Below are positions 20,339 through 30,622 of a DNA stretch of 64,000 nucleotides, in pieces (position 1 is the first letter of the stretch; every line of letters begins with the position of its first letter). The stretch is from contig CAVZZA010000003.1 in assembly GCA_963779615.1 (NCBI GenBank), forward strand, positions 736,001 to 800,000, read 5' to 3'. A program made the translations under genes and the position numbers. The notes below the pieces were generated by a model. That model was not told where the DNA came from. It saw only the letters and a list, made by a program, of their open reading frames with translations, and made no database searches. Source of the stretch: an uncultured Nitrososphaeraceae archaeon. Lineage in GTDB: Archaea; Thermoproteota; Nitrososphaeria; Nitrososphaerales; Nitrososphaeraceae.

Positions 20339-22114
20339 TCATTTAACCGTGACAGATTTAGCAAGGTTCCTGGGATAGTCAGGATCGACTTGCATTTTAA
20401 GAGCTAAATAATATGCCATAATCTGTAGTGGAATCACCTCTATAATTGGATAAATATAATCTACACAATCAGGCAGTTCAATGTAAAAATCGTAAACATC
20501 ATTATTCTTGTTTGAAATCCCAATAATAATAGCACCCCTTGATTTAATTTCATTTGCGCTTGAAATAACATCCTGATATGTCTGGTCAACAGGATTTAAT
20601 ACAATAACCAGGGATTTGGTATCTATTAGAGCCAAAGGACCATGTTTAAGTTCTCCTGCTGCTATACCCTCTGCGTGAATATATGCTAATTCTTTTATTT
20701 TTAGTGACCCCTCTAGAGCAATTGGGTAATGAATCGACCTACCCAAAATGTAGATATCCCTAATTTCACTATCAAGCCCAGCCACTAAAGATTTTATTCT
20801 GCTGTCCAGTTCCAAAGTTTTTTCTACATCCTTTAGCAGTTTTTTTTGGGCATCTCCCTGCAGGTTAAGTCGATTCTCTGCCAACATATTCACAATATTA
20901 TAAACAACCATGAGCTGTGCAATAAAACTTTTAGTTGCAGCAACACCTATTTCAGGCCCACAATTCAAAACAAGGACAGAGTCACTTAGCCTTGCCAGGG
21001 ATGATGTTGGAATGTTAATGATTGACACTATTTTAGCTCCCTGCTCCTTGGCTTTTTTTACTGAATTCATAACGTCCGCTGTTTCACCGCTTTGGGAAAT
21101 GGCGATAACTACAGAATCAGCCTCTATGTTATCTGAAAAATAATGAAATTCACTTGACACTATAACCTCGGACCTGATTTTTGCGAATTTTGCCAATAGA
21201 TGTTTTGCCAATAACCCAGAATGATAGCTTGTTCCGCTGCCAGTTATATACACATGTGAGGCATTTTTGATATAGCTGCAAAATTGGTGAAAATCATTAT
21301 TTTTGTTGATGGATTTGAATAGTATGGAGGGCTGTTCGTAAATTTCTTTTATTGTATGGTGTGCAAATTTTCCCTTTTCAGCAGACCCCAGTTCCCAAGC
21401 AACCTGTGTGATGGGCCTGGTTACTTTTTTATTATTAACGTCAAATATGCGATATTTTCTGTCTTCTATAATAACAATATCGCCGTTATCTAAAAATACA
21501 GACTTGTCAGTATATTTTAAAAATCCAAGGACATCACTCGACAAGAAAAGGGCAGAAGGTGAGACCCCTATTATCAGCGGCTCATCGAATCTGGCTCCAC
21601 AAACCAACCCGTTTTTGAAAATAGCCACAAAGGCAAAAGAGCCCTGCAAGGTTTTGCAAGTTTCTATAAGAGATTTTTCATAATCAAAATGAAACTCTTT
21701 GAGGTTTTTTTCTAAAAGATGTGGAATAACTTCACTATCCGTTTGACTTTTAAATACATGGCCTTCCCTGGCTAATTCTTCTTTTAATTCATGATAATTA
21801 TCGATTATACCGTTATGAACAACAGCTATATCGGCTGAGCACGAAAAATGAGGATGTGCGTTTTTGTCACTTACACCGCCATGTGTAGCCCATCTGGTGT
21901 GCCCTATTCCCACTTGTCCTGGCAGTTTGTTTAGTTCCAAATTTTTATCAACCTCGGCTACCTTTCCTACGCCTTTGCTGATCAAAATTTTTCCATTATT
22001 TATGGTTGCAATTCCAACACTATCATAGCCTCTGTATTCCATTTTTTTTAGGCTCTCGACCAACAAGGGAGCCGCTTGAATTAATTGTCCATTGTAACCA
22101 ATAATAGAACACAC
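20339..22114 (-). CDS. glmS: Glutamine--fructose-6-phosphate aminotransferase
   Basis: N-terminal Cys, EYRGYDS, GHTRWATHG, HNGII, SQSGET, C-terminal PRNLAKSVT. Confidence 0.98.
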   Translation of the reverse strand: MCSIIGYNGQLIQAAPLLVESLKKMEYRGYDSVGIATINNGKILISKGVGKVAEVDKNLELNKLPGQVGIGHTRWATHGGVSDKNAHPHFSCSADIAVVHNGIIDNYHELKEELAREGHVFKSQTDSEVIPHLLEKNLKEFHFDYEKSLIETCKTLQGSFAFVAIFKNGLVCGARFDEPLIIGVSPSALFLSSDVLGFLKYTDKSVFLDNGDIVIIEDRKYRIFDVNNKKVTRPITQVAWELGSAEKGKFAHHTIKEIYEQPSILFKSINKNNDFHQFCSYIKNASHVYITGSGTSYHSGLLAKHLLAKFAKIRSEVIVSSEFHYFSDNIEADSVVIAISQSGETADVMNSVKKAKEQGAKIVSIINIPTSSLARLSDSVLVLNCGPEIGVAATKSFIAQLMVVYNIVNMLAENRLNLQGDAQKKLLKDVEKTLELDSRIKSLVAGLDSEIRDIYILGRSIHYPIALEGSLKIKELAYIHAEGIAAGELKHGPLALIDTKSLVIVLNPVDQTYQDVISSANEIKSRGAIIIGISNKNNDVYDFYIELPDCVDYIYPIIEVIPLQIMAYYLALKMQVDPDYPRNLAKSVTVK

Positions 22115-22286
22115 AATAAATTAGTTAATACAAATGATTTAAAACCTTTATTAAATAAAATACTATACCATTATACGGTTAATTATAACTTATTTGCATT
22201 TTTTAGGATAATCATGGATAAAACAGCACTTAGCTGTACATCAAAATTTATACCAGTAAAAAAAATATTATAACAGGTGGCGTGAA

Positions 22287-23276
22287 ATGGCGTCTGAAAA
22301 AAAGTTAATTTATGAAAAAGAAGGCAAAATATTTGAAAAAAAAATTAGCATCCTGGAAAACGAAAGGAAGATTCAGATTCTATCTAATCCCGTAGCATGG
22401 AAAATCTTAAGGTCAATATCTGAAAAACCAAAATATGCAGCTCAAATAGCAAAGGATTTGAAAATTTATGAGCAAAGTGCCTACTACTATATCAAAAAAC
22501 TAATCTCAATAGAGGCAGTTAAAGAATCCGGGACAGTGTTTGTTCAGGGTGGAACAGCAAAACTCTATCAGTGCTCAAGCCCATCTTTTGGAATAGAAAT
22601 GCCATGGGGTGAAAAGCAGTTGATCAGTAAAAATACAGAAAAAGAAAAAAATAACAGCAACAATGAAACTACAAGAAATTTCCTAAAAGGGTTCATCAAT
22701 AAAGAGAATTATTTTGATGGTTTGGTAATTGTGGGCTCCCCCAATCCCCACGGCATTTTTAAAACATCAGCTAGGGATGGGCATTATGCAATTCATCTGG
22801 CTTTTTATTTGGGTACACTGTGCAACATACCTCAAGGGTTTATTGTAAAACTTGATGAAGACGCAAAAGCAGAAAAAGAATTGGAAGATAATAATTTATT
22901 GGTTATAGGAGGCCCAGGGACAAACATAGTATCCTCGGAATTTAATAGATATTTGCCGATAAGATTCAATGAAGATAATTATTGGTCAGGTCTGGTGGAC
23001 AAAACTGATAAGATATACCATTTGGACAATTTAGGAATCATCGCCAAGGTAAAAAACCCTTTCAATAAATCAAAAAACATCATCTTGATTGCAGGAGTCA
23101 GATCAATAGGCACCAAATCAGCCGTGATAGCATTTACTAATTTTGGTAAAAAAACATTTGTAGACTATACAGGAAATGAAAATGAGTGGGCTGTGATTGT
23201 TCAAGGATATGATATGGATAGTGATGGAAAAATTGATTATGTGGACATTGTAAAAGTCGAAACAGATATCAAATAA
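22287..23276 (+). CDS. ArsR-like wHTH protein with C-terminal S-layer-C-like (NLxxIGGPxxN) domain
   Basis: HTH AAQIAKDLKIYEQSAYYYIKKL; NLLVIGGPGTN; terminal DMDSDG. Confidence 0.75.
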   Translation: MASEKKLIYEKEGKIFEKKISILENERKIQILSNPVAWKILRSISEKPKYAAQIAKDLKIYEQSAYYYIKKLISIEAVKESGTVFVQGGTAKLYQCSSPSFGIEMPWGEKQLISKNTEKEKNNSNNETTRNFLKGFINKENYFDGLVIVGSPNPHGIFKTSARDGHYAIHLAFYLGTLCNIPQGFIVKLDEDAKAEKELEDNNLLVIGGPGTNIVSSEFNRYLPIRFNEDNYWSGLVDKTDKIYHLDNLGIIAKVKNPFNKSKNIILIAGVRSIGTKSAVIAFTNFGKKTFVDYTGNENEWAVIVQGYDMDSDGKIDYVDIVKVETDIK

Positions 23277-23304
23277 TAACAAAAAGTTATTTCATAATCA
23301 TGAC

Positions 23305-23808
23305 CTAAGCGTTTGCGTTACTTGCTTCAACGACCGGATTTAGATGGACCAAAATTTCCAGCTCTTCCTCCTTCTTTACCAAATAACCTGGCAGATTCAC
23401 CTTCCTATTGCCAATACTTACATGACCATGAACAACCATTTGTCTTGCCTGATAAGGAGACTTTAGGTTGGAACGTTTCATTACCATCGTTTGCAAACGC
23501 CTTTCCAAAATATCTTCGATTTTAAGATTAAGGATGTCATCCAATGTCGAACTTGTTGTTACAAGACCAAGCCTGGATAAAAAGTGGAGTAGATTAGTTT
23601 CTTTTTCATGTCTTGTTTCTGTTGGAAGTGCCAAAAGAGCTCTTGCCTGATTTCTAATCCTAGCAATTTCAGTTTGAGCCTTCCACAATTCCTTTTTATT
23701 TCTTAAACCATAAGATCCCACTACATACAATTCAGAACTGATTTGATCGCTTGTCCATATGCTTCTGGGTCGGATATATTTTTTTTTGGCTTTCCTTGGA
23801 TCCCCCAT
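23305..23808 (-). CDS. rps4: 30S ribosomal protein S4 (archaeal)
   Basis: MGDPRK..YGLRNKKELW..LERRLQT..QARQMVVHGH. Confidence 0.97.
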   Translation of the reverse strand: MGDPRKAKKKYIRPRSIWTSDQISSELYVVGSYGLRNKKELWKAQTEIARIRNQARALLALPTETRHEKETNLLHFLSRLGLVTTSSTLDDILNLKIEDILERRLQTMVMKRSNLKSPYQARQMVVHGHVSIGNRKVNLPGYLVKKEEELEILVHLNPVVEASNANA

Positions 23809-23822
23809 TCATATCACCTCTA

Positions 23823-24308
23823 TTATTTAGAGGGTGACCCTGAAGCCGCGGGGGCCCTCCCTGAAACTTTCTTTACCCCGACAGAGGTTGCGGTTCTACC
23901 AGTATTTCGAGTTCTTTGACCCCTAACCCTTAGCCCAAACATATGTCTGTAACCTCTCCAACTCATTATAGACTTTTCTCGGTCTATATCGTTAGATTTG
24001 GTGAAATCCAAATCAGATGTGATAAGATGGACATCAGTGCCAGTATCCATATCTTTTCTTCGGTTAAGATACCAATTTGGAACGCCTATTGAATTGATAT
24101 TTTTAAGAGCATTTTCAACATCAGAAATATCTTTATCAGTGAGAAATCCAACCCGCAGGTAAGGATTAATATTCAAAGACTGCAAAATAACTTGGGCTAA
24201 ATTGTAACCTACGCCCTTTACCTCACTTAAAGCTACTATTGATTTTTTACTGCCTTCAACATCTTTTCCGGCAATCCTCAATATGTGTTTAAAATCTTCT
24301 AGCGACAA
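23823..24308 (-). CDS. rps13: 30S ribosomal protein S13 (archaeal)
   Basis: P.WYLNRRKD..TG..SWRGYRH..GL.VRGQRTR.TGR. Confidence 0.97.
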   Translation of the reverse strand: MSLEDFKHILRIAGKDVEGSKKSIVALSEVKGVGYNLAQVILQSLNINPYLRVGFLTDKDISDVENALKNINSIGVPNWYLNRRKDMDTGTDVHLITSDLDFTKSNDIDREKSIMSWRGYRHMFGLRVRGQRTRNTGRTATSVGVKKVSGRAPAASGSPSK

Positions 24309-24547
24309 TTTACTATACTATCAGAAAATTATTTTCCTCAATAAAAACTATGCTTTAATCGACAATGATAGAATAGAATACCCAAATATATTGTATGGAA
24401 TAATCTTATGTTATTAAAAATCGATTGGCACCCTTTTCCAATTCTTTTATGATTTTAATGTAAATATTAAAATATTTACATTAATAAAAACGATTCCAGT
24501 CAAAATAAATTATATATTCAAGAACTTGTATAATATATTAAGCAAAG

Positions 24548-24655
24548 ATGAAAAAAGAGCAAGAGTTGATGAAACCGAAATTGTTAAAAAATAAAGAAGA
24601 ACAAGAATGGGAAAATTATCAAAAAGAGTTAGAACTTGCAATAGAAAATCATTAA
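24548..24655 (+). CDS. Possible small charged helical protein (35 aa)
   Basis: Manual translation MKKEQELMKPKLLKNKEEQEWENYQKELELAIENH; AT-rich TATA-like sequence upstream. Confidence 0.35.
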   Translation: MKKEQELMKPKLLKNKEEQEWENYQKELELAIENH

Positions 24656-24786
24656 AACATTTGTTTAAAGAAGATGTTATCTATGCAAAAGTGCATTTGC
24701 AAGGTAAAAAAGGAGAGCATAAGCCATTGTGCATATTTTAAATAAAAAAAATATTAATAAGTCACTAGCGATATATATCATATAAA

Positions 24787-25326
24787 ATGATTTCTGATTG
24801 GTTTTCTAGGGTCGGAAGTGCCATTCCCAGAGGTTTCTCACGTCATTACATTCTAGAACTTTTATCAGAACAGCCCATGACAGGCAAGGAAATAATTGAC
24901 AAAGCCATAGTTCAAACCGGAGGAAAATGGAAACCATCTCCCGGTTTAATATATCCGCTATTGGGGAGATTACTGGAAGGGGGATTTATAGAAGAGCATG
25001 ACAATGGAAGGTATAGAATTACAAATAAAGGAATATCAATAGCATCAGACATAAAAGCCGCCAACAATATAATACAAAAGCATCTTGATGTGGTGTTTCG
25101 GATTGGAAATATGGGAAGATTCATGACGATGGACCTGCTTGACAGGATATCTGCAATTGGTTCGACTCTCAGTTCCAATTTAGACAGAATGACTGAAGAA
25201 GAAAAAAACAAGTATAAGGAATTTTTGGTAAACGAGCTTAACAAATTGAGTAAACAAGACAAACTGCAGATACAAGACAAACTGCAGATACAAGACAAAA
25301 CGATAGACGAAAATAACATACTATAG
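24787..25326 (+). CDS. PadR family transcriptional regulator
   Basis: ILELLSEQPMTGKEI..WKPSPGLIYPLL.RL...G..YRIT.KG. Confidence 0.92.
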   Translation: MISDWFSRVGSAIPRGFSRHYILELLSEQPMTGKEIIDKAIVQTGGKWKPSPGLIYPLLGRLLEGGFIEEHDNGRYRITNKGISIASDIKAANNIIQKHLDVVFRIGNMGRFMTMDLLDRISAIGSTLSSNLDRMTEEEKNKYKEFLVNELNKLSKQDKLQIQDKLQIQDKTIDENNIL

Positions 25327-25332
25327 AAAGGT

Positions 25333-25820
25333 ATGAACAATAGGGATATTTTAAAAAAAGGAGCAGATTACCTGTTAAAAGGCGGAACATTATTATCAGA
25401 ATCTTGTCAAACTTGCAATGGCTTGTTAATCAAGTACAAAGGTGACATAATGTGCCTGAATTGTCAAAATCAGAATTTAAACAATCACGAGCTAAAAAAA
25501 GTAAACGAACATCGCCAACATCGCCAACATCGCCAACATCGCCAACATCGCCAACATCAGCGTTATCCGATAAAATCCGTCAAGAAAATAAAAAAGAATT
25601 GATCCAAATGTCCCCAGAAAAAGACAACCTAGGCAAAGTTCATGCAATAAAAGAAACTGAAAACTATGAAAACCTACTGGCACAGATCGAAAAAACAATC
25701 ATCAAAAGAACAACTGATATCGATAAATCAATCCACAATGAAAACGATAGCAATAAACAGATATATAATTTGAAAATTCTTCTTCTTTACCTAAAAATAC
25801 TAAAGAAAATAAGAAAGTAG
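25333..25820 (+). CDS. Autoantigen p27 (SSSCA1)-like Zn-ribbon protein, apparently split by a frameshift
   Basis: LLKGGTLLSESCQTC..CLNC in 25333..25602; plausible helical C-terminus in another frame to 25820; A7 run at 25494-25500. Confidence 0.7.
25508..25560 (+). repeat. 9-bp tandem repeat (aacatcgcc) x5 plus partial
   Basis: Read directly from sequence. Confidence 0.95.
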
Positions 25821-25857
25821 AACAAACAAAAAGAAAATATGGAAAAATTAAGCAACA

Positions 25858-26850
25858 TTAACTATACATTGTTGTTCCCTTGGTATTGACTGACTGCGAG
25901 TTTTGCTGTCCCATAACGGTTTTAATCATTTCTTCAAACTGTTTTTTTATAACCTTTCCTTTATTTTTCAAGTCTTCAACATTAATATTCAATTGATTGT
26001 CACGCAATTCGTTTATCGTTTCAATCAAGATTGACGCTGCTTCTGGATCAGGAATGCTTGCGGTAGCGTGTATTATTATGCCTTTGCAAGCAATCCCGTT
26101 TGACAGGCATGATGTTAACAATCCACCCGAGACACCAGAAATTATTGCAGTGTAACCACTTTCAGGCCGTTCATAGTGTTTTTTCTCTCCAACATCATGC
26201 AAAGGGTCAGACAACGATGATGACGATACTCCTTCTTTGTAATAGTTCATGTCATTGACCCTATATGCAGAGTCATTATCACCACCTTTCTTCTTCTGCT
26301 TTTCACCATTGACCAGGTCAGAGCTGAATGTGGAATCCACTGTTTTTCCATTATGTGACAATACCAAAGACTTTCTATCAGGAGGAGGGATACCCTCCAT
26401 GGGAATGCCATCCAATACAATAATCTCACTGACCCCAAATTTTTTTGCCCACTGAATAACGACATTGAAAACAGAATAGATACCCAAACCAGATATAGGA
26501 ATTTCGCAAATCAATACACAAAGGTTTCCACCGTCATCAGCATAAAGTCGGAATGGATGCCTCAATGTTCCACCAATAAAAATAACTCCAGGCATAATGT
26601 ACTCAGATTCGACATAAGCAATTTGATGCAAATTCAATTTTTGAATTATATAATTTGCAGAGATTGAACCAACCAATCCGGGCCCAGGAAAACCTGCAAT
26701 CAACAAAGGCTTTTTCAATTTTGCGGATTTTTGTTGAAATTTCTTTTGCTCTTTGGGTAAAGGAGTTACCCTTGTTTTTCCGTCTGAAATTCCGTTATCT
26801 TTTAACCTTATTCCTGTTTTTTTATTGCCCTTTTTTCGAGGAACTGCCAT
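25858..26850 (-). CDS. PAC2 family proteasome assembly chaperone
   Basis: LIAGFPGPGLVGSI, HPFRLY, IIVLDGIP, PDPEAA. Confidence 0.9.
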   Translation of the reverse strand: MAVPRKKGNKKTGIRLKDNGISDGKTRVTPLPKEQKKFQQKSAKLKKPLLIAGFPGPGLVGSISANYIIQKLNLHQIAYVESEYIMPGVIFIGGTLRHPFRLYADDGGNLCVLICEIPISGLGIYSVFNVVIQWAKKFGVSEIIVLDGIPMEGIPPPDRKSLVLSHNGKTVDSTFSSDLVNGEKQKKKGGDNDSAYRVNDMNYYKEGVSSSSLSDPLHDVGEKKHYERPESGYTAIISGVSGGLLTSCLSNGIACKGIIIHATASIPDPEAASILIETINELRDNQLNINVEDLKNKGKVIKKQFEEMIKTVMGQQNSQSVNTKGTTMYS

Positions 26851-27014
26851 CTACACTAAACATATAAAACCATGTTAAAAAAATATTGCAATCATCACAA
26901 CACATTAAAAAAAATTAGCGGAATACAATGGTCTCGAGTGTAAAAAAACACTAACTACCTTTTTTATAGTTCATTATTTATAATCACAGTATTGTTGGAG
27001 ATAGCATTGGGAAA

Positions 27015-27418
27015 TGATTAACTTAAACTATGCTTTACTGGGCAATATCAAAGACGACTCATTATTAGATAGAAGTGGTAAATCACAATTTGTTTTAATG
27101 GGATAATTATCTCATCGAACCCCAGAATTTTACAGATGGCGCAGTGAAACATCAAAAAGCATTATAAAAGAAAAAGTATTCTCATTTGTGGCAGTAGAAG
27201 GAGACTGGCCGGATTGCTTTCAGGTAAATAAATATGTAGAGGGATTGTCCGATAATGGTCAAAGTTCTTACAAAGCTCTCCATTCTTTTAATAGACACCC
27301 TATATGGATGCGGGCAAATAAAGAAATGGTTGACATGTTGAATGGCTTAAGCTATGCAATCACAGTGTTTATACAGATAAACAGAATAAGGTTTGATTCC
27401 ATTGGACAGGCTGATTGA
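27015..27418 (+). pseudogene. Erythromycin esterase family N-terminal remnant
   Basis: Fragments SHRTPEFYRWRSE, FSFVAVEGDWPDC..VNKYV, F.R.P.WM.AN.E; truncated, ends approximate. Confidence 0.7.
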
Positions 27419-27840
27419 TTTCGCAGGTCAATAAAGACGGAAAAGATAAACATCATAACTGAACGGCTTAAACAATCATGCAGAAATAAAAGAAATGCTG
27501 GCAAAGGAGTTTCATCCAAAATACTGCATTTGAATCAAAAAGAACGATAGTAGCTTATCAATTCTATAACCAACTACAAAACGAATGATAAAACAAAGCC
27601 AAATCGTAGTGTATTATTTACCCTTATTTTTCAATTTAATTTTTTATCAATCCGGGCAGTTAACACCCTATGCCCCTTCTCTGCGATTGGAACAGCAAAG
27701 AGAACACTTGCCAGTAGAACCGGTTGGGCAATAACCCACATAGAAATTACAACAATTTTTTTGTAATTTCCGTGTTCATTAGCCTTTTGATCTGTTGCAT
27801 CCATCCCGTTTGAAATCGAGTGAATGTCTAAAGCATGTCA

Positions 27841-28983
27841 TTAATTTCCTTTCATTAATGTCCTAACAACATCTCTGAACTCGCTATCACTAAGTGGGGG
27901 AACGTTTGCAATCTTGAGGTTTTGTTCAACGTGTTCTGGTTTCTTGTATCCTATAAGTGGGGCAGTAACAGAAGGACTTGAACGTATCACCTGAACCAAT
28001 TTTGCCACCTGATCATTTAATCCCATATAGTCTGGAATTTTAGCTCCAAGTAATCGGCCTTGAAACAAGGGGATACTTGTAAACACTTTTATATTTAATC
28101 TCTCGGCAGCCTCCAATAAAGTTAGATTTTTTTCTGATCTGACGCTTTGGTTTTTTAGTAACAATGCCTCACTATAAGATAAGTTGTAAGGAAGTTGAAT
28201 AAACCTAAATCCATGTTGTACTCCACCAACTTTTTCAGCGAGATTGTCAACTTCTTCCAATGACAGATACTCATTACTATTAGGCGGTACCCTAAAACAG
28301 GTCCATGTTGCCATTCCATAATAACAAATCTTTTTATTTGCTCTGTATTTTTCATAAACTTCAAACACTTTTGAAAGCATTTCCATAAATTGTTGACTGC
28401 TAACATCATTATGCCAACTCTCAAAGGCATTGTGTATGTACACCAAGTCGATAGTACTAAGATGCATATTCATAAGTGACTTGTCAATGCATCTTGCAAT
28501 GTAGTTAGGGTTAAGAACATTATAGCCCGAACTTATGTCATTTAAATCAATAAGACCAGTTGAAACGAACATGTTTTGCATGTATTCCATAACGTCTACG
28601 CCAGGATAATCACCATCATTTGTAATGTACCCGTTCTTTGTACAGATAAACACTTCATCCCTTGATATAATGCCATCTTTTATCAGACGGGTTAATGCCC
28701 GGCCGATACTTTTCTCTGATTTCATGGCACGATAATTGATAGATGTGTCTATTACATTTACAGCCCCAGACTTGATTGACTCATAAATCGCATTTTCCAT
28801 ATCCTTGTCGTCCTCTGTGTTTGGTTGGCCAAGATAAGTGCCCATGCCAATGCTTGATAAATACATCCCATCAAAAAGACGAAAGTGACTAGGCGGCTTT
28901 CCTTTTTGGATTGCATACTCCACATATTTTTTAGTTCCGCTAGGAGTTGAATATCCATTTAGTGTTTCATACATATAAGACAA
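27841..28983 (-). CDS. Aldo/keto reductase
   Basis: IGMGTY, IDTSINY, SEKSIG, TKNG, IDLVYIHN, IQLPYN. Confidence 0.93.
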   Translation of the reverse strand: MSYMYETLNGYSTPSGTKKYVEYAIQKGKPPSHFRLFDGMYLSSIGMGTYLGQPNTEDDKDMENAIYESIKSGAVNVIDTSINYRAMKSEKSIGRALTRLIKDGIISRDEVFICTKNGYITNDGDYPGVDVMEYMQNMFVSTGLIDLNDISSGYNVLNPNYIARCIDKSLMNMHLSTIDLVYIHNAFESWHNDVSSQQFMEMLSKVFEVYEKYRANKKICYYGMATWTCFRVPPNSNEYLSLEEVDNLAEKVGGVQHGFRFIQLPYNLSYSEALLLKNQSVRSEKNLTLLEAAERLNIKVFTSIPLFQGRLLGAKIPDYMGLNDQVAKLVQVIRSSPSVTAPLIGYKKPEHVEQNLKIANVPPLSDSEFRDVVRTLMKGN

Positions 28984-29337
28984 CTATAAACCGCTTTATT
29001 GTGTATCTGAAATTAATATGTTTAATATGGTAAATCCACATTAACGTATGTATTAGCTGAAAGCCATAAACAACTATTCCTTTGATCCTACAAGGTATTC
29101 GGGGTTCAGATTGTCAAATTACGGTAGATTTTGACAATCCCAAACACATATCATTTTATACAATAGTGATGAAATCAAATAAGGATGATTAGCATCATAT
29201 CGCCCCACACATTTTTTTATATCCGTCAAAGGTTCTTGTTCAAACACAAATATGATAATAACAAATGTAGTGTAACTGTGTCCTTTTAGTTTATTTTTAT
29301 AATCTTTTTCTATTACCCGTTTAAATGTTTAATTGTA

Positions 29338-29973
29338 TTGGATGAAGATAAAAAAATCCTGGAAAGGATGTATCCTTCAGATATACTTCCAAAAGTTTAC
29401 CCAAAAGAGGTGATAGAGCCAACAACTGGTGATGTTGGCTATGACGAGGTTGACGAAATCCTAAACAGCAATATTTTCAGTGTGATGCTTAATAGGCGTT
29501 CCCAAAGGAGGTTTGAGGATAGGGAAATAGAAACATGGAAGGTTGAAATAATTTATGCCGCAGCGGATACAGCTCCCACCGCAGGGGGTTTTCAGGGATT
29601 TGAAATATTCAACATTACAAAAGAGGAAACCAAGGAGAAATTGGTAATGGCAGCAAACAATCAGCCATATGTTAATGCACCCTTGGTAATTGTTTTTTGC
29701 TCTAATCCCAATAGAATCAAAATGAAGTTTTCTAATCACATCTTGCAGAAATTCTCATTACAGGATGCGACCCTTGCCGCAGGTTACGCCCAGATGGCAG
29801 CCCATGCCTTGGGATTAAGCTCTATATGGATAGGCATGTTTGATGAAAAATCAGTCAAAGGCATAATTAACACAGATCTCCAACCTTCATCAATACTGTG
29901 CATTGGATACCCCAAAAAAATGTTGTTACCAAAACCAAAGAGAAAACTGACAGATTTGATTCACAATGTTTAA
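29338..29973 (+). CDS. Nitroreductase family protein
   Basis: RRSQRRF, APTAGG.Q, DATLAA, GLSSIWIG.F, IGYP. Confidence 0.92.
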   Translation: MDEDKKILERMYPSDILPKVYPKEVIEPTTGDVGYDEVDEILNSNIFSVMLNRRSQRRFEDREIETWKVEIIYAAADTAPTAGGFQGFEIFNITKEETKEKLVMAANNQPYVNAPLVIVFCSNPNRIKMKFSNHILQKFSLQDATLAAGYAQMAAHALGLSSIWIGMFDEKSVKGIINTDLQPSSILCIGYPKKMLLPKPKRKLTDLIHNV

Positions 29974-30311
29974 CCCGAATGAAACCATAACTAATTAATG
30001 GATATCCAACAAAAGAAATAAAAATTTTTTTTTGATCTCAAACTCTAGATTACACCCATTCACCATACAAATGATAAGCCACTACAGATGTTATTAACAT
30101 AAAAACATACATACCTGAACGGTTTTCAACATTCAAAATTGATATGCGATAACAAAAGAAAGACTAAACTGAAACTGAATCATAAAACACAAGTCAAGAA
30201 AATTCCCGTTTAGACACTAATTGATTAATTTAAACTAATGGATTAATTTACATCCTAATTATTGAAATCACAAGAAATAACATGTAACGTAATATTGTAA
30301 CATTTTCTCAG

Positions 30312-30500
30312 TTACAAATTATGAATTTCCTTTTCGTGTTTATCTCTTTCTTCATTATCGTTAAACTGTCTTCTGCAGAATATACACTGGCCAGGCAAAG
30401 GAAATAGGAGCAATCCCCTGTCATTTCTCTCCTTCCAACCCTTATGCACATCTTTTAGTCTCAAGTTTTCATCTAATACCTCCTCTTTTTTATTTGTCAT
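30312..30500 (-). CDS. Small C2H2-type zinc finger protein
   Basis: CIFC..F....ERDKHEKEIH; ATG at 30500. Confidence 0.65.
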   Translation of the reverse strand: MTNKKEEVLDENLRLKDVHKGWKERNDRGLLLFPLPGQCIFCRRQFNDNEERDKHEKEIHNL

Positions 30501-30622
30501 ACAACAATGTATAATCAACTTTTAATATAATTTATCTACCCAAAGGCAGGAAAAGGATTTTAATGACATTTATATGGATTATGCATTGTTAGACCAGAAG
30601 AATAGAAAGTTAAGGTACAAAT

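Noticed and set aside
27630-27805. 57-aa minus-strand ORF downstream of the aldo/keto reductase
   Set aside because: No motif or promoter support; an alternative Cys-rich frame lacks a start
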